A DNA stretch of 64,000 bases from IMG/VR virus record IMGVR_UViG_3300017991_000083, positions 27,367 through 91,366 of that record. One strand, given 5' to 3'. The stretch comes from a virus. The notes under the pieces are model-generated. The model searched no databases and was not told the DNA's origin. It worked only from the letters and a program-made list of their open reading frames with translations. Below are positions 53,443-62,177 of the stretch, one piece after another. Both the position numbers and the translations under genes were made by a program. Each line of letters begins with the position of its first letter. Position 1 is the first letter of the stretch.

Positions 53443-53705
53443 TCGTTCTCCCCTCCCTGGGGGCCCGCCATCAGAACTGTCAGACCGCGCTTCTTGTCTG
53501 TCGCCTTGAACCCGAGTTGTCTGATCCGCAGGCCCTTCACGAAGTACAGCGTCAGGCTCTTCACGCCCAGGTAGATGTCCATTTCGCCCTCGAAGAACGG
53601 ATGCTCGCCAAGCTCCGGGAACCGATCTACCAGCCAGCCCCAATCACAGTCGGCCATGTCGGCATCGGCCAGGATCTCCTGTACGCGCTCAGCGAACGTC
53701 TTCAT
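53439..53705 (-). CDS. hypothetical protein
   Basis: GAGGAG SD. Confidence 0.6.
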   Translation of the reverse strand: MKTFAERVQEILADADMADCDWGWLVDRFPELGEHPFFEGEMDIYLGVKSLTLYFVKGLRIRQLGFKATDKKRGLTVLMAGPQGGENE

Positions 53706-53850
53706 CGGGCTCCTCTCTCAGGGCCTGGCGCAGGTCCGAGCAGACAGCGTGAATCTCCTCCCCGCAGTCACCCTGGGGATTCGCCATCGCCAGGTAGTGC
53801 TGGACGATGTTCACGAAGTTTGTCAGCGCCTGTTTCGTCGTCTTCTTCAT
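53689..53850 (-). CDS. hypothetical protein
   Basis: ATGA overlap (MKKTTKQAL). Confidence 0.5.
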   Translation of the reverse strand: MKKTTKQALTNFVNIVQHYLAMANPQGDCGEEIHAVCSDLRQALREEPDEDVR

Positions 53851-54035
53851 CGCAGTAGGTCCATCAGCGGCGTGTCGCCGAATAGAATCGAGTAGATCCC
53901 GGCCAGTATCGCGACAGTGCCTGCGATGCCACACTCGAACGCGATATGCGGGAGCGTCGGGATCTTCTCCTGCACGACCTTCCCGATGACGAAGAAGAGA
54001 GCCCCCCACAGGAACAGCTCAATGGTTGCTATCAT
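53847..54035 (-). CDS. small two-TM membrane protein
   Basis: Two hydrophobic segments; AAGGGGG SD. Confidence 0.55.
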   Translation of the reverse strand: MIATIELFLWGALFFVIGKVVQEKIPTLPHIAFECGIAGTVAILAGIYSILFGDTPLMDLLR

Positions 54036-54430
54036 TCGTCCCCCTTCCCCAGGTCCCAACGCCCGCCCTCGCAGACCAGAAGATCCGGGCGCCGGCGCAG
54101 GGCCAGGCCGATGGTACTGACCGAATGGTCCCGCTCGAGCTCCGCGAACCGCTCGCGCAGCTCGCCTGTCGTGAGCGGCCCTTCCTGATCGATGAACCGG
54201 GCGGCAAGCTCCGCGATCGTCTTACCCTTCGCCAAGCTGGCCGACTTCCTGTCCGGCGGCAGCCCGTAGGCCGCGCACTCGTCGTCCAGGGCACGCTGCC
54301 AGGTACGGAACCGCGCCTTCGCCTCGCGTGCCTTACGAATGGCGACCTCGCTCGCCTTCCGCGCCGCCTCGAACTCCTCAAACGCCGCGTCCCGCCTGGC
54401 CGTCAGATCAGCGATCATGCTATTACCCAT
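54032..54430 (-). CDS. coiled-coil plus winged-HTH protein
   Basis: GPLTTGEL...STIGLALRR...GRWDL wHTH pattern. Confidence 0.6.
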   Translation of the reverse strand: MGNSMIADLTARRDAAFEEFEAARKASEVAIRKAREAKARFRTWQRALDDECAAYGLPPDRKSASLAKGKTIAELAARFIDQEGPLTTGELRERFAELERDHSVSTIGLALRRRPDLLVCEGGRWDLGKGDE

Positions 54431-54657
54431 CAGCCCTCCAGCAGATCCTCGCAGACGACGTCCACTACAACCCGACCGCGTCGCCTCTCAATCGCGTCCA
54501 CACGGACAACCTGCAACCCCTTCGAGAGCATCCCCATGTAGACCCGAGCGAGCAGATGCGGATACTGGACCGGGCTCGGCGTCTTCCCATTCTTCAGGTC
54601 CCGGACGCTGACGGTCTCGATTCCCGTATCTGTCAGAATCTCAATGTCGGCCATCAA
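54430..54657 (-). CDS. hypothetical protein, first gene of the long leftward run
   Basis: GAGGGGAG SD. Confidence 0.55.
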   Translation of the reverse strand: MMADIEILTDTGIETVSVRDLKNGKTPSPVQYPHLLARVYMGMLSKGLQVVRVDAIERRRGRVVVDVVCEDLLEG

Positions 54658-55299
54658 CTCTCTCCCCTCGAAAGATCGTCCTCGGCGTAGGGGGCACTCG
54701 GGCCATCAGGAATTACCCCCTGTATCCACCCAACAGCAGGCCCCGCTCCGCCCTCGCCCCCCCCCACGCCTCGGACCCGTAACACGCCCTCATCCCATAT
54801 ACGCCAATCCCCCGCCCCCTGGGACAAGGATTCTCGACCATCGTTGCGGCCCGCCGCCCTATGTGACAGTTTTCCTCTCACTTCCCCCCGCTTACAGCAA
54901 CTGTCAGACGATTCCTGGGCCAGCCCTCAGGAACTGAGACTTTTTCGATTTTTCCCTGGTGGCGGTGAAGGGGATAATGCACAGGATGGTGGATTTTCTT
55001 CGTGGTGGTGGAAGTCGTTGCAGGGCAACAACTTAGGGGCGCGACCTTGACAACTTGCGAGGGGTCGCTCAGGAATCCCCTAACCGTCGACGGGGCGCCC
55101 GGTTGCGGCGCTCGAGGGCGCCGGCGCCGTCGGCCGGCCCTGGCCCTGGCCCGGGGCCCTGGGGCAATCCCCAGGGGGCCGCGGGTCGGCCTAACTTGCG
55201 ACCGGGCCGGCGTTTGGGCCGGGTCCAGGGGGCCCAGGTTTACAGAATAGCTATTATGCGACGCTGGCCGGCCTAACTGACGGCGGGGCAATCACTTAG

Positions 55300-56950
55300 C
55301 GCCTGACGTCAGGGCGCCCGGGGGGCCGGGCCGGGGCCAGGGCCGGGGCGATCCGGGGGGCCGGCCCCAGGGGAGACGGGCGACGGCCGGGCCCCGAATC
55401 CGGCCCCGGCGCCGGCCCTGGCCCTGGACCCGACCGGCGACACGGGGGCGTCAGGGGGTCCCCGGGTGCGCCCGGGGTCCAGGGGGGGCGCTCGAGGGGC
55501 GCCGGGGGTGCGGGTGCGGGGGTCCAGGGGGCGGGCCTGGGGGTCGGTTGCCGGCCTGGGGGGGGCGGCCAGGGTCGGGGGCGTTCGTCGATCCTGGGGC
55601 GATCCTGGGGCCCTGGCGGGCGCCCTGGTCGGGGGTCCGGCCCTGGCCCTGGGGCGGGCGCTCGAGCTCTCCGGGCGCCGGCCCTGGCCCTGGCGCTCGA
55701 GCTCTCCGGGCGGGGTCCAGGGGGCGGGGGGGGCGCTCGAGCTCTCCCCCTGGGGCGTCGGGTGCGGGGGAGCTCTCGAGGGGGCGGGCCAGGGCGGGGG
55801 TGCTCAGGGTCGGGGGCGGGGGCGTTCGTGTCTCCTGGGGGGCGTACGGGGGCCGGTTTGGGTGCGGTCGGGGCGTTTGGGCGTTTTCGGGGGCCTTTTG
55901 GGGTCGCCGGCGGGCGTCAGGGGTCGGGCGGTCGGCGCTCCTGGGGGCGCTCTCGAGCTCTCCGGGCGCCGGCCTGGGGCCTGGGGGGGCGATCCTGGGG
56001 GCGTCAGGGGGCGGGGGCGCTCTCCGGGTGCGGCGTCAGGGCGTCAGGGTCGCCCCTGGGCGGGCCCTGGGGCCTGGGGCGGCCAGGGGTGCGGCCTGGG
56101 GGCGTTCGTGTCTCCTGGGGCGATCCTGGGGCCCTGGCGGGCGCCCTGGTCGGGGGTCCGGCCCTGGCCCTGGGGCGGGCGCTCGAGCTCTCCGGGCGCC
56201 GGCCTGGGGGCGCTCTCGAGGGTCGGCGGGGGAGCTCTCCGGGCGGGGGTCCAGGGGGGGCGCTCGAGCTCTCCCCGGGGGGCGCTCTCGAGGGGGCGCC
56301 CTTGCGCCCTGGGTGCAGGGGGCGCCCTGGGGGCCGCGGGCGTTTTCGGCGGTTTCGGGGGATCCCCGGCGCCGTTTTCGGCGGTTTCGGCGTTTGGGCG
56401 GTTTCGTTTGGGCGGGGCGTTTTCGGGGGGGCCTATTCGATCGCGGCCGGGGGCCGCGGGCGCCCTCGAGGGGGGGGCGCCGGCGCCGGCCGGGGCCGGT
56501 GTCGGCGGGTCGGGTCCGGGGGCCCTCGAGGGCCGGCCCTGGGGCGCTCTCGAGCTCTCCGGCCGCGGCCAGGTCGGGGCGCTCTCGAGGGGGCGGCCCT
56601 GGGGCGATCCTGGGGCCGTCAGGGCGCCCCGGCGGCCTGGGGCGGCCAGGGGTCCGGCCTGGGGGCGTTCGTCGATCCTGGGGCGATCCTGGGCCCCTGG
56701 GGGGCGCTCCTGGGGGCGCTCTCGAGCTCTCCCCAGGGGCGCTCTCGAGGGGGCGGCCTTGCGGCATATCCGCGGCGATCCTGGGCGATATGCGGCGCCG
56801 GTACGGGGAGCGCCCCCCGCGGCCCTGGGACCTGGGCGCGGGGGGCGGGTGCGGTGTTGCGGGGATCGGGGCGGGCGGGCGGGGGCGCCCTGGGCGCCGG
56901 CGGGGTCCTCACGCCGGCGGGCGCCCCCTGGGGGCGGTCCCGGCGGGCGT
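55300..56950. repeat. G-rich non-coding repeat tract
   Basis: 92-bp exact duplication (55592-55683 = 56113-56204); many CTCGAGCTCTCC and GGGGCGTTCGT motifs. Confidence 0.8.
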
Positions 56951-56951
56951 G

Positions 56952-57815
56952 CTACGGTCCCGCAATCGTCGCCAGGCCGGCGGCGCTCTCGAGCGCTCCG
57001 GCCACGGGGCCCAAAGCCACGGCGGCGGCGGCCAGTACGGCGGCGGCCAGGGCGGCCCCTGCTATGACGGCCAGGCGGACGGCGCCCAGGTCGGGCGGCG
57101 GGCCGGCCGGCCCGCGGGGGGCCGGCGCGGGGTCCGATCCGCGCCAGGTTGCAGGCGCGGGCCCCAGGGCGCCGGCCGCGATCGCGTCACGGGCGGCGGT
57201 TGCGAGTGTTCCGGCGCCGGCCAGGCCGGCCCGGATAACGCCGACCAGGGCCAGGGCCAGGGCCCCGGCCAGGGCCAGGGCCCCGGCCAGGGCCAGGGCG
57301 CCGGCCTGGTCGGCTGTCTCTGTTAGCTTGTCGCCGGCGGCCTCGAGGCGGGCGCGGCGGCCGCGGGCGACCGTCAGGCGCCAAACGGGCGGCCAGGGGC
57401 GCGGGCCCCCGACGTCGCCCCCGGCGACCTGGCGCCAGGCCCAGGCGACGGCCTGGGCGCCCTGGCGGGCGTGGTAGGCCGTCGACCTGACGGCCCCCCA
57501 GGCCCTCGAGCGCTCGAGCGCCCAGGGGCCCAGGGGCCGGGTTGCGATCGCCCAGGCGATCGGGGCCAGGTCGGCCAGGTGGCGGGCCCGGCGGCGGGTC
57601 CAGGTGCGGCCGGCGCGGCCGGCGCGGGCGATCCTGGCGCCCAGGGTGCGGGCGGCCGCGGCCTGGGCGGCGTCATAGTCGGCCAGGGCGTCGGCCAGGG
57701 CGGCGGCGGCGTCATCGGCGCCAAACGGGGCGTGTGATCCCCGGGCGGCAACCTCGGCGGCCTCGAGTACGGCGGCCAGGGCGCGGCGGGTGCGGGTGCG
57801 GGCGGTCTCTTTCAC
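56952..57815 (-). CDS. Ala-rich hypothetical protein with a hydrophobic C-half
   Basis: Starts at the repeated leader's SD (AAGGGGGAGACA GTG); C-half is low complexity. Confidence 0.5.
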   Translation of the reverse strand: MKETARTRTRRALAAVLEAAEVAARGSHAPFGADDAAAALADALADYDAAQAAAARTLGARIARAGRAGRTWTRRRARHLADLAPIAWAIATRPLGPWALERSRAWGAVRSTAYHARQGAQAVAWAWRQVAGGDVGGPRPWPPVWRLTVARGRRARLEAAGDKLTETADQAGALALAGALALAGALALALVGVIRAGLAGAGTLATAARDAIAAGALGPAPATWRGSDPAPAPRGPAGPPPDLGAVRLAVIAGAALAAAVLAAAAVALGPVAGALESAAGLATIAGP

Positions 57816-57870
57816 TGTCTCCCCCTTGCGGGGGGGCCGGCCAGGAGCCGGCCCCGGTTGCGGTTGACTA
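57816..57870 (-). repeat. repeated intergenic hairpin/SD element, copy 1
   Basis: TAG-TCAACCGCAACC-GGGGCCGGC(TCCTG)GCCGGCCCC-CCCGCAAGGGGGAGACA-GTG. Confidence 0.85.
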
Positions 57871-58680
57871 GCTGTTGGCGCTCTCGGCGAAACGGGCCGC
57901 GACGGTCACGGGCTCCCCCTCGAGGCGGGCGACCAGGGGCGCCAGGCGCTCGAGCACGGCCACCAGGGCGGCGCGGGCCCTGACCTCGAGCTCGGCGCGG
58001 GCCTGGTCGGCCTCGGGGCCCTCGGCGTGGATCACGTCCAGGGCGCCGGCGTCGGTCGGGCCCTCGGGGTCGAAACGGCGCCCAAACTCGGCGCCGGCCT
58101 TGTCGACGTCGCCGGCGGTATCAATGGCGGCCTGGTATAGCACGGCCTCGACGGCGCGGGCGCCGGCCTGGGCCTGGCCGACCCGGCCGCGGTTGACGTC
58201 GGCCAGGTGCGCCAGGCGCTCGGCGTCGGTGTCATCCCGGGCCAGGTCTCCGGCCTCGAGGGCGGCGCCGGCCAGGACGTCGACGGCCCAGGCCTGGCCC
58301 AGGGCCCGGCCCAGGGCGTCGGCCAGGGCCTCGAGGCCCCGGGCGGCGGCGTCGATCTTCGCCCAGGCCAGGCCGGCGGCGTACGTCGCCCCGGCGGCGC
58401 CGGCCAGGGCCTGGCGGCGGTACGATCGGCCCGCGGCGATCACGGCCGCGGCGGTGTCCTCACGGCGGGCGCCGGCGGTCCGGGCCGCGGCCTCGAGCTC
58501 GAGGGCGGCGGCCTCGGCGTCGGCGTCGCCGGCCAGGCGGTCGGCCTCGAGGCGGGCCAGGTCGGCCGCGGTGCGGGCGGCCTCGGCGACGTTGCGGGCG
58601 GCGCGGTTGCAGGTCGCCAGGTCGCGGGCGTCGGCCGGGGCGACCAGGGCGGGCGGGGCGGTTTCGGTTGCGTTTCTCAC
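57868..58680 (-). CDS. Ala-rich helical hypothetical protein
   Basis: Bounded exactly by two repeat elements. Confidence 0.7.
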   Translation of the reverse strand: MRNATETAPPALVAPADARDLATCNRAARNVAEAARTAADLARLEADRLAGDADAEAAALELEAAARTAGARREDTAAAVIAAGRSYRRQALAGAAGATYAAGLAWAKIDAAARGLEALADALGRALGQAWAVDVLAGAALEAGDLARDDTDAERLAHLADVNRGRVGQAQAGARAVEAVLYQAAIDTAGDVDKAGAEFGRRFDPEGPTDAGALDVIHAEGPEADQARAELEVRARAALVAVLERLAPLVARLEGEPVTVAARFAESANS

Positions 58681-58737
58681 TGTCTCCCCCTTGCGGGGGG
58701 CCGGCGCCCAGGGCGCCGGCCCGGTTGCGGTTGTCTA
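58681..58737 (-). repeat. repeated intergenic hairpin/SD element, copy 2
   Basis: TAG-ACAACCGCAACC-GGGCCGGCGCC(CTG)GGCGCCGGCCC-CCCGCAAGGGGGAGACA-GTG. Confidence 0.85.
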
Positions 58738-59481
58738 CAGGTTGCCGGCCGGCGTGTCGCCGGCCAGGGTGTCGGCCAGGGCCTGGGCGCAGCCGGCGAG
58801 CTCGGCGGCGGCGGCGTTGTCCAGGCGGCGGGCGATCGCGTCGGCGTCGCCGGCGGCCCCCCTGGCGTCGGCCAGGGTGCGACGGGCGGCCCGCATATCG
58901 CGGGCGGCCTTGTCGGCGGCCTCGGCGGCCTTGCGGGCCCGGCGGGTCGCCAGGTCCAGGGCGCCGGCGGCCCTCGACGCCCGGCGGGCGGCCTTGCGGG
59001 CCAGGCGGTCGGCGGTCCGGCGCTCCCGGGCCAGGCGGGCGCGGTCGGCGACGTACTCCGGCCGCGGATCACAGCCGGCCGCGGTCCGCTGATCCTCGAG
59101 GGCCTGGGCGCTCTCGAGGCGGGCGACGGCCTGGGCGGCGGCCGTCAGGGCGGCGCCGGCCTGGGCCTCGGCCTCGGCCTCGACCTGGCGGGCCTCATCT
59201 CTCAGGCGCTCGACCAGGGCCGCGGCGCCGGCCAGGACCTCGGGCGCCGGGTTGCGGTAGGCCTCGAGGCGGACCGTTGCCAGGTGCCAGGAATGGCCCC
59301 CGCTGTGCATGTGCGGCGCCAGGCGGACCCGGGCGCGGTCGGTTTCCTCGTCGGCGTAGGCCTGGACCTCGACGCGACCCGACCAGCCGGCGGCGTGCGT
59401 GCGTACCCCCGACCCGGCCGACCCTAGACGGGTGGCGGCGGTCCGGCCCTGGCCCTCTGTCATCCCCTGGAAGCGTGCCAT
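58735..59481 (-). CDS. hypothetical protein (N-terminal beta domain plus Ala-rich helix)
   Basis: MARFQG...ATRLGS...GW motif; TAATG coupling. Confidence 0.7.
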   Translation of the reverse strand: MARFQGMTEGQGRTAATRLGSAGSGVRTHAAGWSGRVEVQAYADEETDRARVRLAPHMHSGGHSWHLATVRLEAYRNPAPEVLAGAAALVERLRDEARQVEAEAEAQAGAALTAAAQAVARLESAQALEDQRTAAGCDPRPEYVADRARLARERRTADRLARKAARRASRAAGALDLATRRARKAAEAADKAARDMRAARRTLADARGAAGDADAIARRLDNAAAAELAGCAQALADTLAGDTPAGNL

Positions 59482-59813
59482 TAGTGGCCCCCTCTCTGGC
59501 CGGCGACGTCGCCGGCGGTTGTGGTGTCGGTTGCGATCACGGCGGCCGCGAATCCGGCCGCGGTCAGGCGCCGGGCGCCGACCCTGGCGGCGTCGGCGTC
59601 GGCGTCGGCCTGGTCGGCCAGGCGGGCGGCCCGGCGGAATGCGGCCGCGGCCCGGCGGGCCTGGCGCTCGGCGGCCTGGTCGCCCGGCCGGCGGGCGGCC
59701 GCGGCGTCGGCCGCGGCGGCCAGGCGGGCGGCCCTTGCGACCTGGCGGGCGGCCCGGTCGGCGGCGGCCTCGAGCTCGGCGGCGGCGTCTCTGATTGCGT
59801 CGGCGGTTGTCAT
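59481..59813 (-). CDS. Ala-rich hypothetical protein
   Basis: Starts at the repeat-element SD. Confidence 0.65.
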   Translation of the reverse strand: MTTADAIRDAAAELEAAADRAARQVARAARLAAAADAAAARRPGDQAAERQARRAAAAFRRAARLADQADADADAARVGARRLTAAGFAAAVIATDTTTAGDVAGQRGGH

Positions 59814-59867
59814 TGTCTCCCCCTTGCGGGGGGCCGGCCAGGGGCCGGCCCCGGTTGCGGTTGACTA
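59814..59867 (-). repeat. repeated intergenic hairpin/SD element, copy 3
   Basis: TAG-TCAACCGCAACC-GGGGCCGGCC(CCT)GGCCGGCCCC-CCGCAAGGGGGAGACA-ATG. Confidence 0.85.
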
Positions 59868-60224
59868 GCTGTCGGCGGATGCGTCGCCGACGGTCCCGGC
59901 CAGGTGCTCGGCCTCGAGCTCGGCGTCGGCCTGGGCGTCGGCGATCCGGGCCAGGGCCTGGCCGGCGCGGAGAGTGTGCAGGCGCTCATCTCCGGCGGCC
60001 CTGATCCGGCCGGCGATCGCGGCGACGGTCTCGGCGATCCGGTCGGCGTCGCCGGCCTGGATCGCGTCGGCGACGGTGTGCAGGTCATCCGGGCGGACGG
60101 CGACGCCCCCGGCGGGCGCGGCCTTGCGGGCGGCGGCCAGGTCGGCCAGGTCGGCGGCGGTCTCACTGGCGGCGGCGGCCTGATCGGCGGCGGCGGCCTT
60201 GCGGTCGGCGGTGCTCTTGCTCAC
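59865..60224 (-). CDS. Ala-rich hypothetical protein
   Basis: CCCGCAAGGGGGAGACA GTG start; first gene after the promoter. Confidence 0.65.
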   Translation of the reverse strand: MSKSTADRKAAAADQAAAASETAADLADLAAARKAAPAGGVAVRPDDLHTVADAIQAGDADRIAETVAAIAGRIRAAGDERLHTLRAGQALARIADAQADAELEAEHLAGTVGDASADS

Positions 60225-60332
60225 TGTCTCCCCCTTGCGGGTGCTCCCCTCGGCGGCCCCGGCCGGATTGCCGGCGGCGGTCTCGGGGGGCGGTTTGTGT
60301 CCTGCTGTTGGGCGGTTTGTCGTCATGGGGGC

Positions 60333-60362
60333 ATGGTAGCACGCCGGCGCCCAGGCCGTCAA
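60333..60362 (-). promoter_or_regulatory. sigma70-type promoter
   Basis: TTGACG-N18(ending TGC)-TACCAT with upstream AAAATAAT. Confidence 0.75.
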
Positions 60363-60664
60363 GGATTATTTTCTCCCCCGTGTCGATTGTCGGCCGGCCC
60401 CCCTCGAGGCCGGGCCGGCGCCCCCTCGGGGGGCGGCGTATTCCGGCGGATTGCGGGCGCACGTTGCAAGCGGCGTGCCAAACGGTCGGCGACGCCCAGG
60501 GGCCGGGCCTCGAGGGCGGGCCCAGGGGGCGCTGGCGGGGGAGCTCGGCGCCGGCCTCGAGGGCGCCCCCTGGGGGCCGCGGGCGGCCTGGGGCGGCCCG
60601 GTGTCCAGGCCGGGGGCGTTCGTCGATCCTGGGGCGATCCCGGGGCCCTGGGCGACGCCCTGGC

Positions 60665-60801
60665 GCCGGCCCTGGCCCTGGCGGGGGAGCTCGAGCGCCG
60701 GCCGGCCCTGGCCCTGGCGGGGGAGCTCGAGCGCCGGCCGGCCCTGGCCCTGGCGGGGGAGCTCGAGCGCCGGCCGGCCCTGGCCCTGGCGGGGGAGCTC
60801 G
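60665..60801. repeat. 36-bp tandem repeat (3 exact copies plus 1 partial)
   Basis: GCCGGCCCTGGCCCTGGCGGGGGAGCTCGAGCGCCG. Confidence 0.9.
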
Positions 60802-60835
60802 GCGCCGGCCTCGAGGGCGCCGGGGCGGTTCGGCC

Positions 60836-60865
60836 TTGACTCGAGGCCGGCCGGCGTGCTACAAT
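60836..60865 (+). promoter_or_regulatory. sigma70-type promoter facing array A
   Basis: TTGACT-N18(ending TGC)-TACAAT. Confidence 0.7.
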
Positions 60866-60996
60866 CGCGGTTCGGGTCGCCCCTGGGCGGCCCTGACGCC
60901 GGCCCCCGCGGCCCCCGACCTGGGCGGCCCCCGGCCGGCCCCCTCGAGGCGCCCCCGGCGCCCCCCCGGCCCCCTGGCCCCCCGGCCATATCACGC

Positions 60997-61204
60997 CCCC
61001 TAGCTTGCGAGCGATATGCCGACCCCTAGCTTGCGAGCGATATGCCGACCCCTAGCTTGCGAGCGATATGCCGACCCCTAGCTTGCGAGCGATCCCGACC
61101 CCCTTAGCTTGCGAGCGATCTCGAGACCGCGACCTTGCGAGCGATCTCGAGACCGCGACCTTGCGAGCGATCTCGAGACCGCGACCTTGCGAGCGATCCC
61201 GACC
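60997..61204 (+). repeat. array A: 8 x CTTGCGAGCGAT with an exact 26-bp period
   Basis: Cores at 61004, 61030, 61056, 61082, 61108, 61134, 61160, 61186. Confidence 0.92.
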
Positions 61205-61296
61205 AGGCCCCAAACGGTCGGCGCCCCGGCCTCGACAAGGGGAGAGACCAGGGCGCCCGGGCCCCCGTTTGTGCGGGGGCGTTTTCGTTGTGTTTT

Positions 61297-62097
61297 CTAG
61301 GTCGCCGGGGGCGCCTCAAGGGCCCCGGCGACCCGGGCCGCGGCCTTGAGCTCGGCGTCGCGGGCGGCCTCGGCGTCGTCATAGTCGACAATCCGAACCT
61401 GGACCCCCGGCGTCGCGTCGCCGACGTGGGCGACGCCCCCCAGGACCTCGACGGTCACAAACGGGGCGCCGTCGATCTCCAGGCCGGCCAGGGCGATCTC
61501 GAGCTCTCCGGCGACGTACTCCGCGGCCTGGCGCCTCGGCTCGATCTCCGGGAACTCGCCCCCCTCAACGTCGGCGGCGGCCGCGGCCAGGAGCTCGACC
61601 TCGGCTCTCAGGGCCCGGATTGCGAAACGGGCCCGGTCGGCCAGGGCCTCGGCGCCGGCGCGGGCGACCTCGAGGGCCTGGGCGTACTCCTCGACCTCGC
61701 GGGCGTGTCGGTACTCCGTCATAACTTCCTGATCCTCGGCCTCGAGCGAATAGTACGCCCTCAGGTCGGCGGCCCAGGTGTCCAGGACCTCGGCGTCGCC
61801 CCGGCCCCCGTGTACCTGGGCGCCCGGCGACACGTACTCAGCCAGGGCGTCGATCACGTACTGCACGCCGTCAGGCGTCAGGGAAGCGCCCAGGTACTCC
61901 CCACATTCTGCACAGTGCAGGGGCGAATCCGTTTCGCCCCCGCCGTCAGGATACGGGCCGGCCGGCCAGGTGTCGGTGTCGGCGTCATCACGCGACGGGC
62001 GCCGGGCCGGGGCCCTGCCGGCGGCCTCGAGCTCGGCCTGGATCGCGGCGGCGCAAGTTTCACAGTAGATGTCGGCCTGGTAGATGTAGACGTCCAT
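61297..62097 (-). CDS. zinc-binding hypothetical phage protein
   Basis: YQADIYCETC...DSPLHCAECG; C-terminal VEVLGGVA...VRIVDYD; AAGGGGGG SD. Confidence 0.75.
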   Translation of the reverse strand: MDVYIYQADIYCETCAAAIQAELEAAGRAPARRPSRDDADTDTWPAGPYPDGGGETDSPLHCAECGEYLGASLTPDGVQYVIDALAEYVSPGAQVHGGRGDAEVLDTWAADLRAYYSLEAEDQEVMTEYRHAREVEEYAQALEVARAGAEALADRARFAIRALRAEVELLAAAAADVEGGEFPEIEPRRQAAEYVAGELEIALAGLEIDGAPFVTVEVLGGVAHVGDATPGVQVRIVDYDDAEAARDAELKAAARVAGALEAPPAT

Positions 62098-62177
62098 GTT
62101 GCCCCCCTTGTCGGTTGCGGCCCCCTCGAGGGCCAGGCGGCCCCCGGGCGACGGCGCCCGGGGGCCTGATCGGCGTG

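Noticed and set aside
1189-54000. Long plus-strand ORFs (e.g. 1506..2915, 9069..10745, 29807..31780, 37791..39545)
   Set aside because: Antisense shadows of motif-bearing minus-strand genes in GC-rich DNA
55466-57477. Three overlapping 530-590 aa plus-strand ORFs
   Set aside because: All three frames are open because the A-poor repeat tract lacks stops; products are G/R/A/P low complexity with no SD
57816-59867. Repeated intergenic element as integron attC sites
   Set aside because: No proper RYYYAAC...GTTRRRY ends, no full-length hairpin and no integrase in the window
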